From assembly GCA_964469225.1 (NCBI GenBank), contig CAYXYC010000001.1, positions 27,556 through 91,555 on the forward strand: 64,000 nt of DNA, in the 5' to 3' direction. The first letter of the stretch is position 1. Each line of letters opens with the position of its first letter. The translations under genes and the position numbers were made by a program. The notes below the pieces were generated by a model, which saw only the letters and a program-made list of their open reading frames with translations, was not told where the DNA came from and made no database searches. This DNA is from an uncultured Candidatus Saccharibacteria bacterium (GTDB lineage: Bacteria > Patescibacteriota > Minisyncoccia > Phycocordibacterales > UBA9973). This document shows, one piece after another, positions 9,441 through 18,696 of this stretch.

Positions 9441-10940
9441 ATGGAACCACAACACAACAGTAGAAAACGAGCGATTACTATTACGATTATTGTCGTAGCA
9501 ATTCTTTTGCTTGTTGTTTATATTTTGTCTCAAACAACAACAATCTTTGGAACAAAGGGATCATCAACAAGTAATAAAAGTTTTATACCTCTTCTTGGAA
9601 CTTCAAAACAAAAAGCAGTAAACCCGATTGATCAAGGAGAAGAGGTAACCCTTCCAACAGGAACAGTCACGCAGACAACAGGTGGTGGTGAGCCAACAAA
9701 CAACCCGCTCCCAACACCAAATGGCAAAGGTCCATTTGTAGTACTCTCGGTTACACCCAAAACACTTCCAGTTGCTGGTGGCAAAATAAAGCTTACATGG
9801 CAAGGAGAAAATGTCATTTCTTGTATCCCAAGTTGGACAGGAAAGAAAATCACTCAAACAAGTGGCACCTCAAATGAAATCACAGTAAAGAAAACGCGTG
9901 TCTTTGGTATTTCGTGTGCAAACGGACAAGGACAGCAGGCAAGCGCAAGCACACAAGTTACTGTTGGAGAAAATGCCCTTCAGGTATCACTTCGTGCAAC
10001 ACCAAACACGCTCATTGAATCAGGAAATGTTGTTTTAACATGGACAAGCAAGAGCACAGTGAAATCTTGTACACCAGGATGGACAAACAAAAAAGATGCT
10101 GCTCAAGGAGAAGTAACTGTTCCTGTTAGTCAATCACAAACATTTCTAATTAGTTGTACAGATGGCGCTCTAACCGAAATTGCCGAAGCAGATGTTGTTG
10201 TTGGTTCATTTGAAAAAACCCCTCAGTGTCGAGATGGAGTTGATAATGATGGAGACAACGCCGTAGATGCACTAGATAGCGCGTGTCATAGCAATTTTGA
10301 TGCGAGTGACGACACAAGTTATGTTCCAACAATTGCCGACGAGGCGCGTCTTCCAACTGAAACAACAAATGCAGACAGGTGTAAGATTGTAGACGATAAT
10401 CCACTTACATTTACTGATGTTGAAAAACGACAACTTGATCTTCTGCTTCGTCAGTTCTATCGAATCGCGCCAAATCTAAAAACTGAAGATGATGTTGTTT
10501 TTGAAAAAGAAGCTCGTCTTGGATATATTGATCTTGTTAAAGAAGTAAAAAGTCTAACAAAACAATGTTACGCACAACAATATCCAGCAGAAAACAACGC
10601 GGTTCGTGTCGCTCTCGGCGCAACACCGAACTACACAGGCCCTCTTGAAAAGAAAACTAATCCATATTTCCAGCCAGATGGAGTTGTAAGTTCACCATCA
10701 TACATCACAAAAAGTTATATCGAGTCCAAATTTACCGCCCAGCAGAACACAATGATCGCCCAACAAGCACTCGTCGTGTCGAAGCTTGACGCAAAAATTA
10801 AATCTGCACAAACCAACGCTCAGGCAATACTCTTTACACAGTTACGAAACTACGAACAGAACATTCTAGACCAGTTTAAAAACAACATATCAACGGCAAA
10901 TCAATTCATCTTGATAGAAAAACTTCTTCAGGTTTGGTAA
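9441..10940 (+). CDS. Membrane-anchored surface protein with two Ig-like repeats and a Cys/Asp Ca-binding motif
   Basis: TM helix; two LTW...SC.P.WT...SC repeats; QCRDGVDNDGDNAVDALDSAC. Confidence 0.65.
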   Translation: MEPQHNSRKRAITITIIVVAILLLVVYILSQTTTIFGTKGSSTSNKSFIPLLGTSKQKAVNPIDQGEEVTLPTGTVTQTTGGGEPTNNPLPTPNGKGPFVVLSVTPKTLPVAGGKIKLTWQGENVISCIPSWTGKKITQTSGTSNEITVKKTRVFGISCANGQGQQASASTQVTVGENALQVSLRATPNTLIESGNVVLTWTSKSTVKSCTPGWTNKKDAAQGEVTVPVSQSQTFLISCTDGALTEIAEADVVVGSFEKTPQCRDGVDNDGDNAVDALDSACHSNFDASDDTSYVPTIADEARLPTETTNADRCKIVDDNPLTFTDVEKRQLDLLLRQFYRIAPNLKTEDDVVFEKEARLGYIDLVKEVKSLTKQCYAQQYPAENNAVRVALGATPNYTGPLEKKTNPYFQPDGVVSSPSYITKSYIESKFTAQQNTMIAQQALVVSKLDAKIKSAQTNAQAILFTQLRNYEQNILDQFKNNISTANQFILIEKLLQVW

Positions 10941-10999
10941 TCTGTGATTTTTGAGGATAAAAAGGGGATTTCTTGTTTAAAAATTGATATACTATTAGT

Positions 11000-13363
11000 G
11001 TGAAGAAACTAACTTCAACGATTATCTTCGTATCTATACTTGCGAGTACATTCTGCGCTCCTTTTTTTGGTAATGGATTTTCTCATTTTCAAATACCTCG
11101 TGCCGAAGCAATAAATGAAGCCAATTCTACTTATGGACTAAGTCAAGAATCTAAAGATGTTTTAAAAGAAGGAGAGGAAGCAAAAAAAGCAACCGCCCCT
11201 GATACCGACCCTGAAATGCTTCCAGCCTGTGGGTTTGATGCTGGGGTGGTACAAGTTGGGAATAGCAACGGAACATTTGTTGGTTGTATTGCTCAGGCAT
11301 TCTATTATGTGCTTTTTGTACCAACATCATATATCTTTGCTCTTTCTGGAATGTTTTTTGATTTCACTTTTGCATATTCTATTGATGATGGATCATACAA
11401 AACACCATTCATTACCCAAGGCTGGGCGCTAATTCGTGATATGGTCAACATGTTCTTTATCTTCGTGCTTCTCTTTGTTGCATTCAAAACAATTCTCAAT
11501 GTTGCGCATGGAAAAACAAAAGAACTTGTAATGAATGTTGTTATCATTGGAATATTGATTAATTTCAGTCTCTTTGCCGCACAAGTGATTGTTGATACAT
11601 CAAATATTCTAGCGCGAGTATTCTACAACGATGACGCAATCAAAATAACTAAGGGTGGTGAGAGGGGTGGTAGCGCACTTTATGACAAAGGAGCAAATGG
11701 TGAAGTGCAACTCTCGGCAGCACTGGTAAATAAAATTAATCCTCAAAACCTTATTAGTCAGGCAAGTAAAGTGAATGACATGTCGACAGTAGGAAACGCG
11801 GATTCTGCCTCTGACCTATCGTCAGACGGAGTACGAACACTAACTGCTGGTACATTTATTCTTGTTACAATTCTTGCTTCAATTGTTAATATTGTTGGAA
11901 TATTCACATTTCTTTCGGTTGGACTTATTTTTGTGGCACGAGTTATAGGGCTCTGGTTTGCAATGATTCTTGCACCGCTTGCATTCTTCACATATACCGT
12001 TCCGTCACTTCAAAATGAAAAGATTTTTGGGTGGAAAAGTTGGTGGTCTGATCTTTTCAGGCTGTCATTCCTGGCACCAATTTTTATATTCTTTATGTAT
12101 CTCATCCTTCGTTTCCTTGAAAGTGGAATGAATTTCATTGGTCTTGATAATCTCACTGGGGCTGAGTGGGTAATCGCGATTATCATTCCTTTTATTTTTA
12201 TAATGATAATGCTCCTTCAAGCAAAAAATATTGCAAAGGATTACGCAGGAACTATTGGTCAGACAATTACGAATTATGTTGCGGCAGCGGGAGGGTTTGC
12301 GCTTGCTGTTGGTACAGGCGGGGCAGCAATGATTGGACGAGGTATGGGGGGCATGGCGGCGCGCGCATCAGCAGGAGAGACACTCACACAACGATTTGCT
12401 GACCCAACCAAAAGGGGAACAATGAAATGGTATCAGAAGGCTGCGGGTTGGTCAGGAAACAAGCTTGGTATGAATAAGGTGTTTGGAAAGACCGTAGTTG
12501 GCGGTAGAGCAACAACCGGCGTTGGTGGAATCCTAAATAGGTCACAAGAAAAAGTTAACAAAGTTGATCACGCAAGACACACAGTAGATGAAGCCAAAGA
12601 AAAGGCTGGACTTAAAGATGTTGCATGGTCACGACTATCTGCAATACAACGGGAAAAAGTTCTTACTGAGTTTAAGAAAACAAATAAAGATAAACTCACA
12701 ACGGTGGCAGAGGAAAAAATAAAAAGTGGCTTAGCGTTCGATACCAGTGGTAACCCAATTCAAGGCTTCAGTGACTACAAGGCAGATAGACACTTAGACG
12801 AAGAACAAGCATACAGAGTGGCCAAGGGTATTACAGGAATGACACCACTAACAGCACCACAACAGGATGAATTAAACAAAAGAAAACTTGCGCTTGATAA
12901 AAAAATTAATAGCGACTACGAGAATACCATACTTAAACCAAATATTAATTTACAAGTATCAGTAGAAGCAGAAAAAGAATTTGAACACGAAAAAGAAGAA
13001 TCCAACAAACAAGTTTCCGGATTCACCCGCGCGACATCTCAGGCAAACACTGGTAGTTGGAATGTTAGCAATCTTTCACAACTTAAACAAGATAAAAGAG
13101 AAGGTGTATTTACCAAGGCCGCAACAGTAAGCACAGCACTTTTGAGTGGGCAATTACGCAATGCAATTGGAGCAATTGGCTTTAAATATGGAAAAGGAGC
13201 AACCGGTGAAGAAAAATACACCAACCAAAGCAAATTTATTGATGATTTGAAAAACGGTATTGCTGAAGCATTCAAAACAGCCAACATTAATGTAACAGTT
13301 AACACCGGCGGTAGTGGAGGAGAAAAGAAAAAAGATGATCACGGTGGCGGAGGGCATCACTAA
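11000..13363 (+). CDS. VirB6/TrbL-like polytopic T4SS membrane protein with long soluble C-tail
   Basis: GW.LIRD.VN.FFIF, LINFSLF...IVD.SN, R...LW....LAPLAF, W..W...L motifs; Gly-rich hinge after the TM block; upstream of prgI/virB4. Confidence 0.75.
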   Translation: MKKLTSTIIFVSILASTFCAPFFGNGFSHFQIPRAEAINEANSTYGLSQESKDVLKEGEEAKKATAPDTDPEMLPACGFDAGVVQVGNSNGTFVGCIAQAFYYVLFVPTSYIFALSGMFFDFTFAYSIDDGSYKTPFITQGWALIRDMVNMFFIFVLLFVAFKTILNVAHGKTKELVMNVVIIGILINFSLFAAQVIVDTSNILARVFYNDDAIKITKGGERGGSALYDKGANGEVQLSAALVNKINPQNLISQASKVNDMSTVGNADSASDLSSDGVRTLTAGTFILVTILASIVNIVGIFTFLSVGLIFVARVIGLWFAMILAPLAFFTYTVPSLQNEKIFGWKSWWSDLFRLSFLAPIFIFFMYLILRFLESGMNFIGLDNLTGAEWVIAIIIPFIFIMIMLLQAKNIAKDYAGTIGQTITNYVAAAGGFALAVGTGGAAMIGRGMGGMAARASAGETLTQRFADPTKRGTMKWYQKAAGWSGNKLGMNKVFGKTVVGGRATTGVGGILNRSQEKVNKVDHARHTVDEAKEKAGLKDVAWSRLSAIQREKVLTEFKKTNKDKLTTVAEEKIKSGLAFDTSGNPIQGFSDYKADRHLDEEQAYRVAKGITGMTPLTAPQQDELNKRKLALDKKINSDYENTILKPNINLQVSVEAEKEFEHEKEESNKQVSGFTRATSQANTGSWNVSNLSQLKQDKREGVFTKAATVSTALLSGQLRNAIGAIGFKYGKGATGEEKYTNQSKFIDDLKNGIAEAFKTANINVTVNTGGSGGEKKKDDHGGGGHH

Positions 13364-13386
13364 TTAAATAATTTATTAACATGAAT

Positions 13387-13662
13387 CCCGTTAGAGATTA
13401 TTCATGTTCTATTACACTTACATTTTAAAAAGCAAAAAAGATGGTAGGATATACACTGGATATACAAAAGATTTACGGAAGCGCCTAACACAACACAACG
13501 AAGGTTTATCTACACATACAAAAAACAGGGGTCCATTTATTATTATTTATTACGAAGCATGTATGTCAGAAGAAAAAGCACGGTCGAGAGAATTATATTT
13601 AAAATCTGGTATGGGCAAGCGTTATTTAAAAAATAGATTAGGCGCTTCCTATCTCTAACGGG
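13387..13662 (+). mobile_element. Putative 276-bp mini-element carrying a GIY-YIG nuclease; 12-bp terminal inverted repeats, 6-bp flanking direct repeat ATGAAT
   Basis: ATGAAT(13381-86) cccgttagagat(13387-98) ... atctctaacggg(13651-62) ATGAAT(13663-68). Confidence 0.7.
13404..13658 (+). CDS. Stand-alone GIY-YIG nuclease (84 aa)
   Basis: YYTYIL...IYTGYT.DL..RL..HN.G...T, ARSRE..LKSG.G; the stop codon lies inside the right inverted repeat. Confidence 0.9.
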   Translation: MFYYTYILKSKKDGRIYTGYTKDLRKRLTQHNEGLSTHTKNRGPFIIIYYEACMSEEKARSRELYLKSGMGKRYLKNRLGASYL

Positions 13663-14721
13663 ATGAATCAAGAACAACTACAAAAATTAATCGTTGAAAT
13701 GCACAGCAAGCTCTCACCAAGGGCGCAAGAAGTTTTTTCGTCAATGGTGTGGGCTGATACTCTATCTCTGATTGAGAAAAAATATGCGCTCAATGAAACA
13801 CAAATCAGGACACTTGGAACAGAAACAACCCTTGCACTCTTGGGTGTTATTGGAATTGATGAATATGAGAAAGAGGTTGCTCGCGCCCTTGCTCACCCTG
13901 ATGAAATTACAAAAAAGATTCTTGCTGAAATTCGCGAACGAATTTTCTCGGGAATCGTGCAAGACCTAGCCGATGCGCATAGCAAAAACAAAGACAAACA
14001 AATATCAATCGAAGGATACACAGACCCGAGGTTTGCTGGCTTGCCACCGCTACTTCTAAAAGCAATTTCAGAATCAGGGTATCAGAAAAAACTCTACGAA
14101 CTTGGCACAAAACACAAACTTGCAATTGATACAATGGCAGGACTTGAAGATCTGACGATTCAATTTATGAAAGGGGAGATAGAACCAGCACAATACGAAA
14201 AAGAACTTGTTGCCTCACTCGGAATCAAACCAGATGCAAGTAAAGAAATAGCAAATGATATCAATACAACCATTCTTTTGCCAATTCGCGAACTCATGAA
14301 AAAAGAAGAACAGAAAGCGGTAACAACACCCGATATCCCATTCCCGCCATACCGCCCAACAATTAATGCAACACTCCCAAAGACACAATCAGGAATTCTC
14401 GCTACGGCTGGAATCGAAATGATCCATGACGACTACACACAAAACGACAGAAGTGTTCCAACAACAAAAAACGAAGATGGAGTGCTCACACAAGCAGGTA
14501 TTTCGGTTATTGATGAGAAACGCTCTTTAAACGAAGAACATATTCTACCAAGCCCAAGTAATCGCAATCGCGCGCTTGAAGGAATTGAACACCCGGCAAA
14601 AACAATGACCTCAATTCATGAGGAAAAACTCCAAAAAACAACCACAAGTACACCACAAACAAGTGATTACTCCCTACCTAAAATAGGTGGTGGTGATATA
14701 TACCGAGAACCAATCGGATAA
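13663..14721 (+). CDS. CPR conserved hypothetical protein with a duplicated helical domain and DxYREP C-terminus
   Basis: Two similar repeats (KY/HxL....L...T.....G.I....YEKE....L......I..EI/DI...I); ends GGDIYREPIG. Confidence 0.7.
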   Translation: MNQEQLQKLIVEMHSKLSPRAQEVFSSMVWADTLSLIEKKYALNETQIRTLGTETTLALLGVIGIDEYEKEVARALAHPDEITKKILAEIRERIFSGIVQDLADAHSKNKDKQISIEGYTDPRFAGLPPLLLKAISESGYQKKLYELGTKHKLAIDTMAGLEDLTIQFMKGEIEPAQYEKELVASLGIKPDASKEIANDINTTILLPIRELMKKEEQKAVTTPDIPFPPYRPTINATLPKTQSGILATAGIEMIHDDYTQNDRSVPTTKNEDGVLTQAGISVIDEKRSLNEEHILPSPSNRNRALEGIEHPAKTMTSIHEEKLQKTTTSTPQTSDYSLPKIGGGDIYREPIG

Positions 14722-14743
14722 TCTCGTGATAGAATAAAGATAT

Positions 14744-15178
14744 ATGCAATTTAAGGTTCCACAATTCATTGATATTGAGGATACATTGTTTGGGCCATTT
14801 ACCTTTCGTCAATTCGCCTACCTTGTTGGTGGAGGAGGAATGATTTTTGTATTGTATAAATTGTTACCTTTTTGGATTGCCATTTTCTTTATTCTTCCAA
14901 TCGGAATTTTGACTGGACTTTTAACTTTTTACAAAATCAACAACAAGCCTTTTATTTATTACCTCCAAGCGGGTATTAGTTATGCGCTCACTAGTAAACT
15001 CTATGTCTGGAAACAGCGTCTCGTAAAACCAACACAGAAAAAAGAAGAGGGGAAACCGATTGCCGAGACACCCACTGTTCCAGTCCTCTCATCAAGCAAG
15101 TTGTCTGACTTGGCATGGGGTCTTGATATGCCGACAGAAGAAACGCAAGCAACCGAAAATCAAAAACCATTAAGGTAA
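14744..15178 (+). CDS. prgI: PrgI-family (VirB3-like) T4SS membrane protein
   Basis: MQFKVPQFIDIED.LFGPFTFRQF signature, two TM helices. Confidence 0.85.
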   Translation: MQFKVPQFIDIEDTLFGPFTFRQFAYLVGGGGMIFVLYKLLPFWIAIFFILPIGILTGLLTFYKINNKPFIYYLQAGISYALTSKLYVWKQRLVKPTQKKEEGKPIAETPTVPVLSSSKLSDLAWGLDMPTEETQATENQKPLR

Positions 15179-15199
15179 TGTGATATAATAATTTTATAT

Positions 15200-15838
15200 A
15201 TGGCACTCGACGCTCGCGCTGCGCAAGAATTCGTTCCAATTAAAGAAGTTCGTGATGGCATCATTATTCTCAAAGATGGTGGTCTTCGAGCGATTCTAAT
15301 CGCATCATCAATAAACTTATCGCTCAAATCATCTGACGAACAAATTGCCATCATTAATCAATTTCAAAATTTTTTGAATGGACTTGATTTTCCAACACAG
15401 ATTGTTATGCAGTCACGACGACTTGATATCCGACCATATCTCCTGATGCTTGAAAATCGTATCAAAGAACAAACAGAGCAACTCATTAAAATCCAAACCC
15501 GAGAATATATTAATTTCATCCGATCGTTCACTGATGAGGTAAACATCATGACCAAAACATTTTTCGTTGTTGTACCTTACACACCCGCAATCTTAAAATC
15601 AGGCGGTATTATTGAAAATATAATCGGCGGACGATCTAGTTCAGAAAACAAAAAGCAGGGAGATACAGCGGATTTTGAAGAAAAAAGATCACAACTTGAT
15701 CAGCGAGTGAGTGTTATTATGGGAGGATTGGGTAGTCTTGGTATTCGCAGTTCACAACTCAAAACAGAAGAAGTCGTTGAACTCTTCTATAAAACATTCA
15801 ACCCAGGAGATATTAGTCAGGGTATTCAATTAGAATAA
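15200..15838 (+). CDS. VirB4/TraC-associated protein (N-terminal-like module)
   Basis: QEFVPIKEVRDG.I, SSINL.LKS.DEQ.AII..FQ.FLN.LDF; lies between prgI and the ATPase. Confidence 0.7.
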   Translation: MALDARAAQEFVPIKEVRDGIIILKDGGLRAILIASSINLSLKSSDEQIAIINQFQNFLNGLDFPTQIVMQSRRLDIRPYLLMLENRIKEQTEQLIKIQTREYINFIRSFTDEVNIMTKTFFVVVPYTPAILKSGGIIENIIGGRSSSENKKQGDTADFEEKRSQLDQRVSVIMGGLGSLGIRSSQLKTEEVVELFYKTFNPGDISQGIQLE

Positions 15839-15839
15839 T

Positions 15840-17687
15840 ATGTCATTTCTATCATCACTATTTGGCAAAAAAGATTCATCTGGAACCACTTCAAAAGAAG
15901 GGCCTGTTGTAATGCCTGTTCTTCCAACAGAAATTTATCGCGCCGCAACACTTGAACTACAAGACATTATTGCACCATCAGCACTTCAAATTACTCCAAA
16001 GTCTCTAAATCTCGGAGACAAAATTACCAGAACATTCTTTGTTATTTCATATCCGCGATTTTTGACTGATAACTGGTTCTCTCCAATTATCAACCTAGAC
16101 AAAGTGTTTGATGTTTCTATTGCTATCCATCCGATTGAAACAGCAGAAATATTACGATCATTCCAGAAAAAAGTTGCTGAGGTGCAAAGTCAGATTTCTA
16201 TTCGTGAATCCAAAGGTCTCGTTCGCGACCCAATGCTTGATACTGCATATCGTGATCTTGAAAATCTTCGTGATAGTCTGATGCAAGCACAAGAAAAAAT
16301 GTTTAATGTTGGTTTATATATCACCGTTTATGCTGAAAGTGAGACTGATTTGTTCAAAATTGAAAGTGAGATCAAATCTCTCCTTGAATCAAAACTTATT
16401 TATTTGAAACCAGCGCTCTTTCAGCAGGCAGAAGCATTTAAAAGCGTTATCCCACTTGGTACAGATATTTTGGGTATTCACCAAAAGCTTAATACCGAAC
16501 CTCTTTCAAGTCTATTTCCATTTGTATCTTTTGATTTAACATCAGATAAGGGAATTCTTTATGGTGTAAATCGTCACAATTCAAGTCTTATTATTTTTGA
16601 CCGATTTTCACTACCAAACTATAACTCTATTACCTTTGCCACATCTGGTGCTGGTAAATCATACGCAACAAAACTAGAAGTTATCCGAACACTTATGTTT
16701 GATACCGAAGTCATTGTTATTGACCCGGAGCGCGAATACGAATATCTAGCCGAAGCGATGGGTGGACGATATTTCAATATTGCTCTTTCTTCTGATCACC
16801 ACATCAACCCGTTTGATTTACCAATTCCGAGCACCGATGAAACACCCGCCGATGTTTTGCGCGCAAACACAATTAACCTTGTTGGATTATTCCGTATAAT
16901 GCTCGGCGGACTAACGCCAGAAGAAGATTCAATCATTGACCGTGCCATCACAGAAACATATGCGATGAAGGACATCACCGCTGATTCAAATTTTGCTAAT
17001 ATTGAACCGCCACTTTTGACTGATTTTGAAATGGTGCTTGCTGGTATGGAAGGAAGTGAATCAGTTATCCAACGCCTCGCAAAATACACTCGTGGATCAT
17101 GGTCATCGTTCCTTAATCAACCATCAAATGTAGACATAAATAGAAAATTTGTTGTCTTTTCGGTTCGTGACATGGAAGATGAGTTGAAACCAGTCGCAAT
17201 GTATATCGTTACTCACTATATATGGAACGCTGTTCGTAAAAATATCAAAAAACGCCTTCTTGTTGTTGACGAGGCATGGTGGATGATGAAATCAGAAGAC
17301 ACAGCGTCTTTCCTGTATTCAATTGCAAAACGCGGACGAAAATACTATCTTGGGCTTGCGACAATTACCCAAGATGTTGGTGACTTTATGAAAAGTCCAT
17401 ACGGTGTGCCTATCGTAACAAACTCGTCACTTCAACTTCTGCTAAAACAATCCCCATCAACAGTTGATGTTCTCCAAAAAACCTTTAATTTAACAGATGA
17501 AGAAAAATACCTGCTTCTTGAAGCTAATGTCGGGGAGGGAATATTCTTTGCTGGACTAAAGCATGTTGCAGTTAAAACCATTGCATCGTATACCGAAGAC
17601 CAGATTATCACTTCTGACCCATCACAAATCCTTGCAATCAAAAAAGCCCGCGAAGAATTAATCAGTAGTGGACAAAAACCGCTCTAA
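15840..17687 (+). CDS. virB4: VirB4/TraC-like T4SS ATPase
   Basis: Walker A ATSGAGKS, VIDPEREY, INPFD, Walker B LVVDEAW, RGRKY, TITQDV.DF, GEG. Confidence 0.88.
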   Translation: MSFLSSLFGKKDSSGTTSKEGPVVMPVLPTEIYRAATLELQDIIAPSALQITPKSLNLGDKITRTFFVISYPRFLTDNWFSPIINLDKVFDVSIAIHPIETAEILRSFQKKVAEVQSQISIRESKGLVRDPMLDTAYRDLENLRDSLMQAQEKMFNVGLYITVYAESETDLFKIESEIKSLLESKLIYLKPALFQQAEAFKSVIPLGTDILGIHQKLNTEPLSSLFPFVSFDLTSDKGILYGVNRHNSSLIIFDRFSLPNYNSITFATSGAGKSYATKLEVIRTLMFDTEVIVIDPEREYEYLAEAMGGRYFNIALSSDHHINPFDLPIPSTDETPADVLRANTINLVGLFRIMLGGLTPEEDSIIDRAITETYAMKDITADSNFANIEPPLLTDFEMVLAGMEGSESVIQRLAKYTRGSWSSFLNQPSNVDINRKFVVFSVRDMEDELKPVAMYIVTHYIWNAVRKNIKKRLLVVDEAWWMMKSEDTASFLYSIAKRGRKYYLGLATITQDVGDFMKSPYGVPIVTNSSLQLLLKQSPSTVDVLQKTFNLTDEEKYLLLEANVGEGIFFAGLKHVAVKTIASYTEDQIITSDPSQILAIKKAREELISSGQKPL

Positions 17688-17726
17688 TCCATTGTTTAGG
17701 GTTCGGGAATAGCATATAATAAAAGG

Positions 17727-18695
17727 GTGATTCGTATTTCTCGAACATTATTAATATGTACTATGCTTGCCATCTTTGGCGGAGTAGTGCATTTTTCTTC
17801 GGCAGCAATTGATATTGGAGGAGACGATATTGTAGTAACCGTTTCGCCACAATCTCCTCATGGATACCAAGACACAACAATTACACTTTCGAGCTATGCG
17901 ACAAACTTGAGCCTCGCTTCTATTGAGTGGAAAAAAGATGGGACACCGGTTCTGTCTGGTTTTGGAAAAACAACATATTCATTCAAAACAGGCGCGAGCG
18001 GTACCCCAATTCGTGTCACTATTACAATTGCTCTTTCAGAAGGAATCCAACTTTCAAAAGAAATTCTTATAACACCATCTGATCTCGATATTTTCTGGGA
18101 AGCACGCGATAGTTACACTCCACCATTTTATAAAGGCAAGGCTCTTCCATCATCAGAAGCAGTAATTAAAGTTGTTGCAATTCCAGCCCAAACAAAAAGC
18201 ACATTATCATATTCTTGGAAACAAAATTCATCATCAATTCCTCAATCAAGCGGATACAAGAAAAACACCCTCCTTGTTGTGAATGATATTTTACAATCAG
18301 CTGAAACCGTTTCTGTTGATGTAGCAAGTTCTGATGGCGCGTATGGAGCATCAGCAAATGTTGTTATTCCAATTGTAAGTCCAGACCTTGAGTTTTACAA
18401 AAAAACAGCAGACCAGGGAATCCTCTATGCGCAAGTGCTTGGTAGTGAAACAACACTTGAAGGGGATGATTTAAGTATTGTAGCTGAACCGTATTTTCTA
18501 AATCTTTATGATAAGAAAATGGCTTATAATTATCAATGGAAAATTAATGATCAAGATATCACAACACCCGTAGAACGAAATGAATTAACTATTCAACCGA
18601 ATTCACGCGGGGGGTATACATTGGTTGGGCTTTTGGTTGAAGAATCTAATTCATTATTTCAAAAAATCAGTCGCGTGCTTCGTGTAAATTTTTAA
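17727..18695 (+). CDS. Secreted beta-rich (Ig-like) protein
   Basis: GTG start, signal peptide, repeated Y.W motifs, WEA.DSYTPPFYKGKALP. Confidence 0.65.
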   Translation: MIRISRTLLICTMLAIFGGVVHFSSAAIDIGGDDIVVTVSPQSPHGYQDTTITLSSYATNLSLASIEWKKDGTPVLSGFGKTTYSFKTGASGTPIRVTITIALSEGIQLSKEILITPSDLDIFWEARDSYTPPFYKGKALPSSEAVIKVVAIPAQTKSTLSYSWKQNSSSIPQSSGYKKNTLLVVNDILQSAETVSVDVASSDGAYGASANVVIPIVSPDLEFYKKTADQGILYAQVLGSETTLEGDDLSIVAEPYFLNLYDKKMAYNYQWKINDQDITTPVERNELTIQPNSRGGYTLVGLLVEESNSLFQKISRVLRVNF

Positions 18696-18696
18696 T

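Noticed and set aside
13404-13658. Intron-encoded homing endonuclease
   Set aside because: The gene is intergenic, too short to carry DNA-binding extensions, and there is no room for a group I intron core
11000-17687. Conjugative ICE or integrated plasmid
   Set aside because: No relaxase, coupling protein, integrase or att sites at the locus; composition resembles flanking core genes
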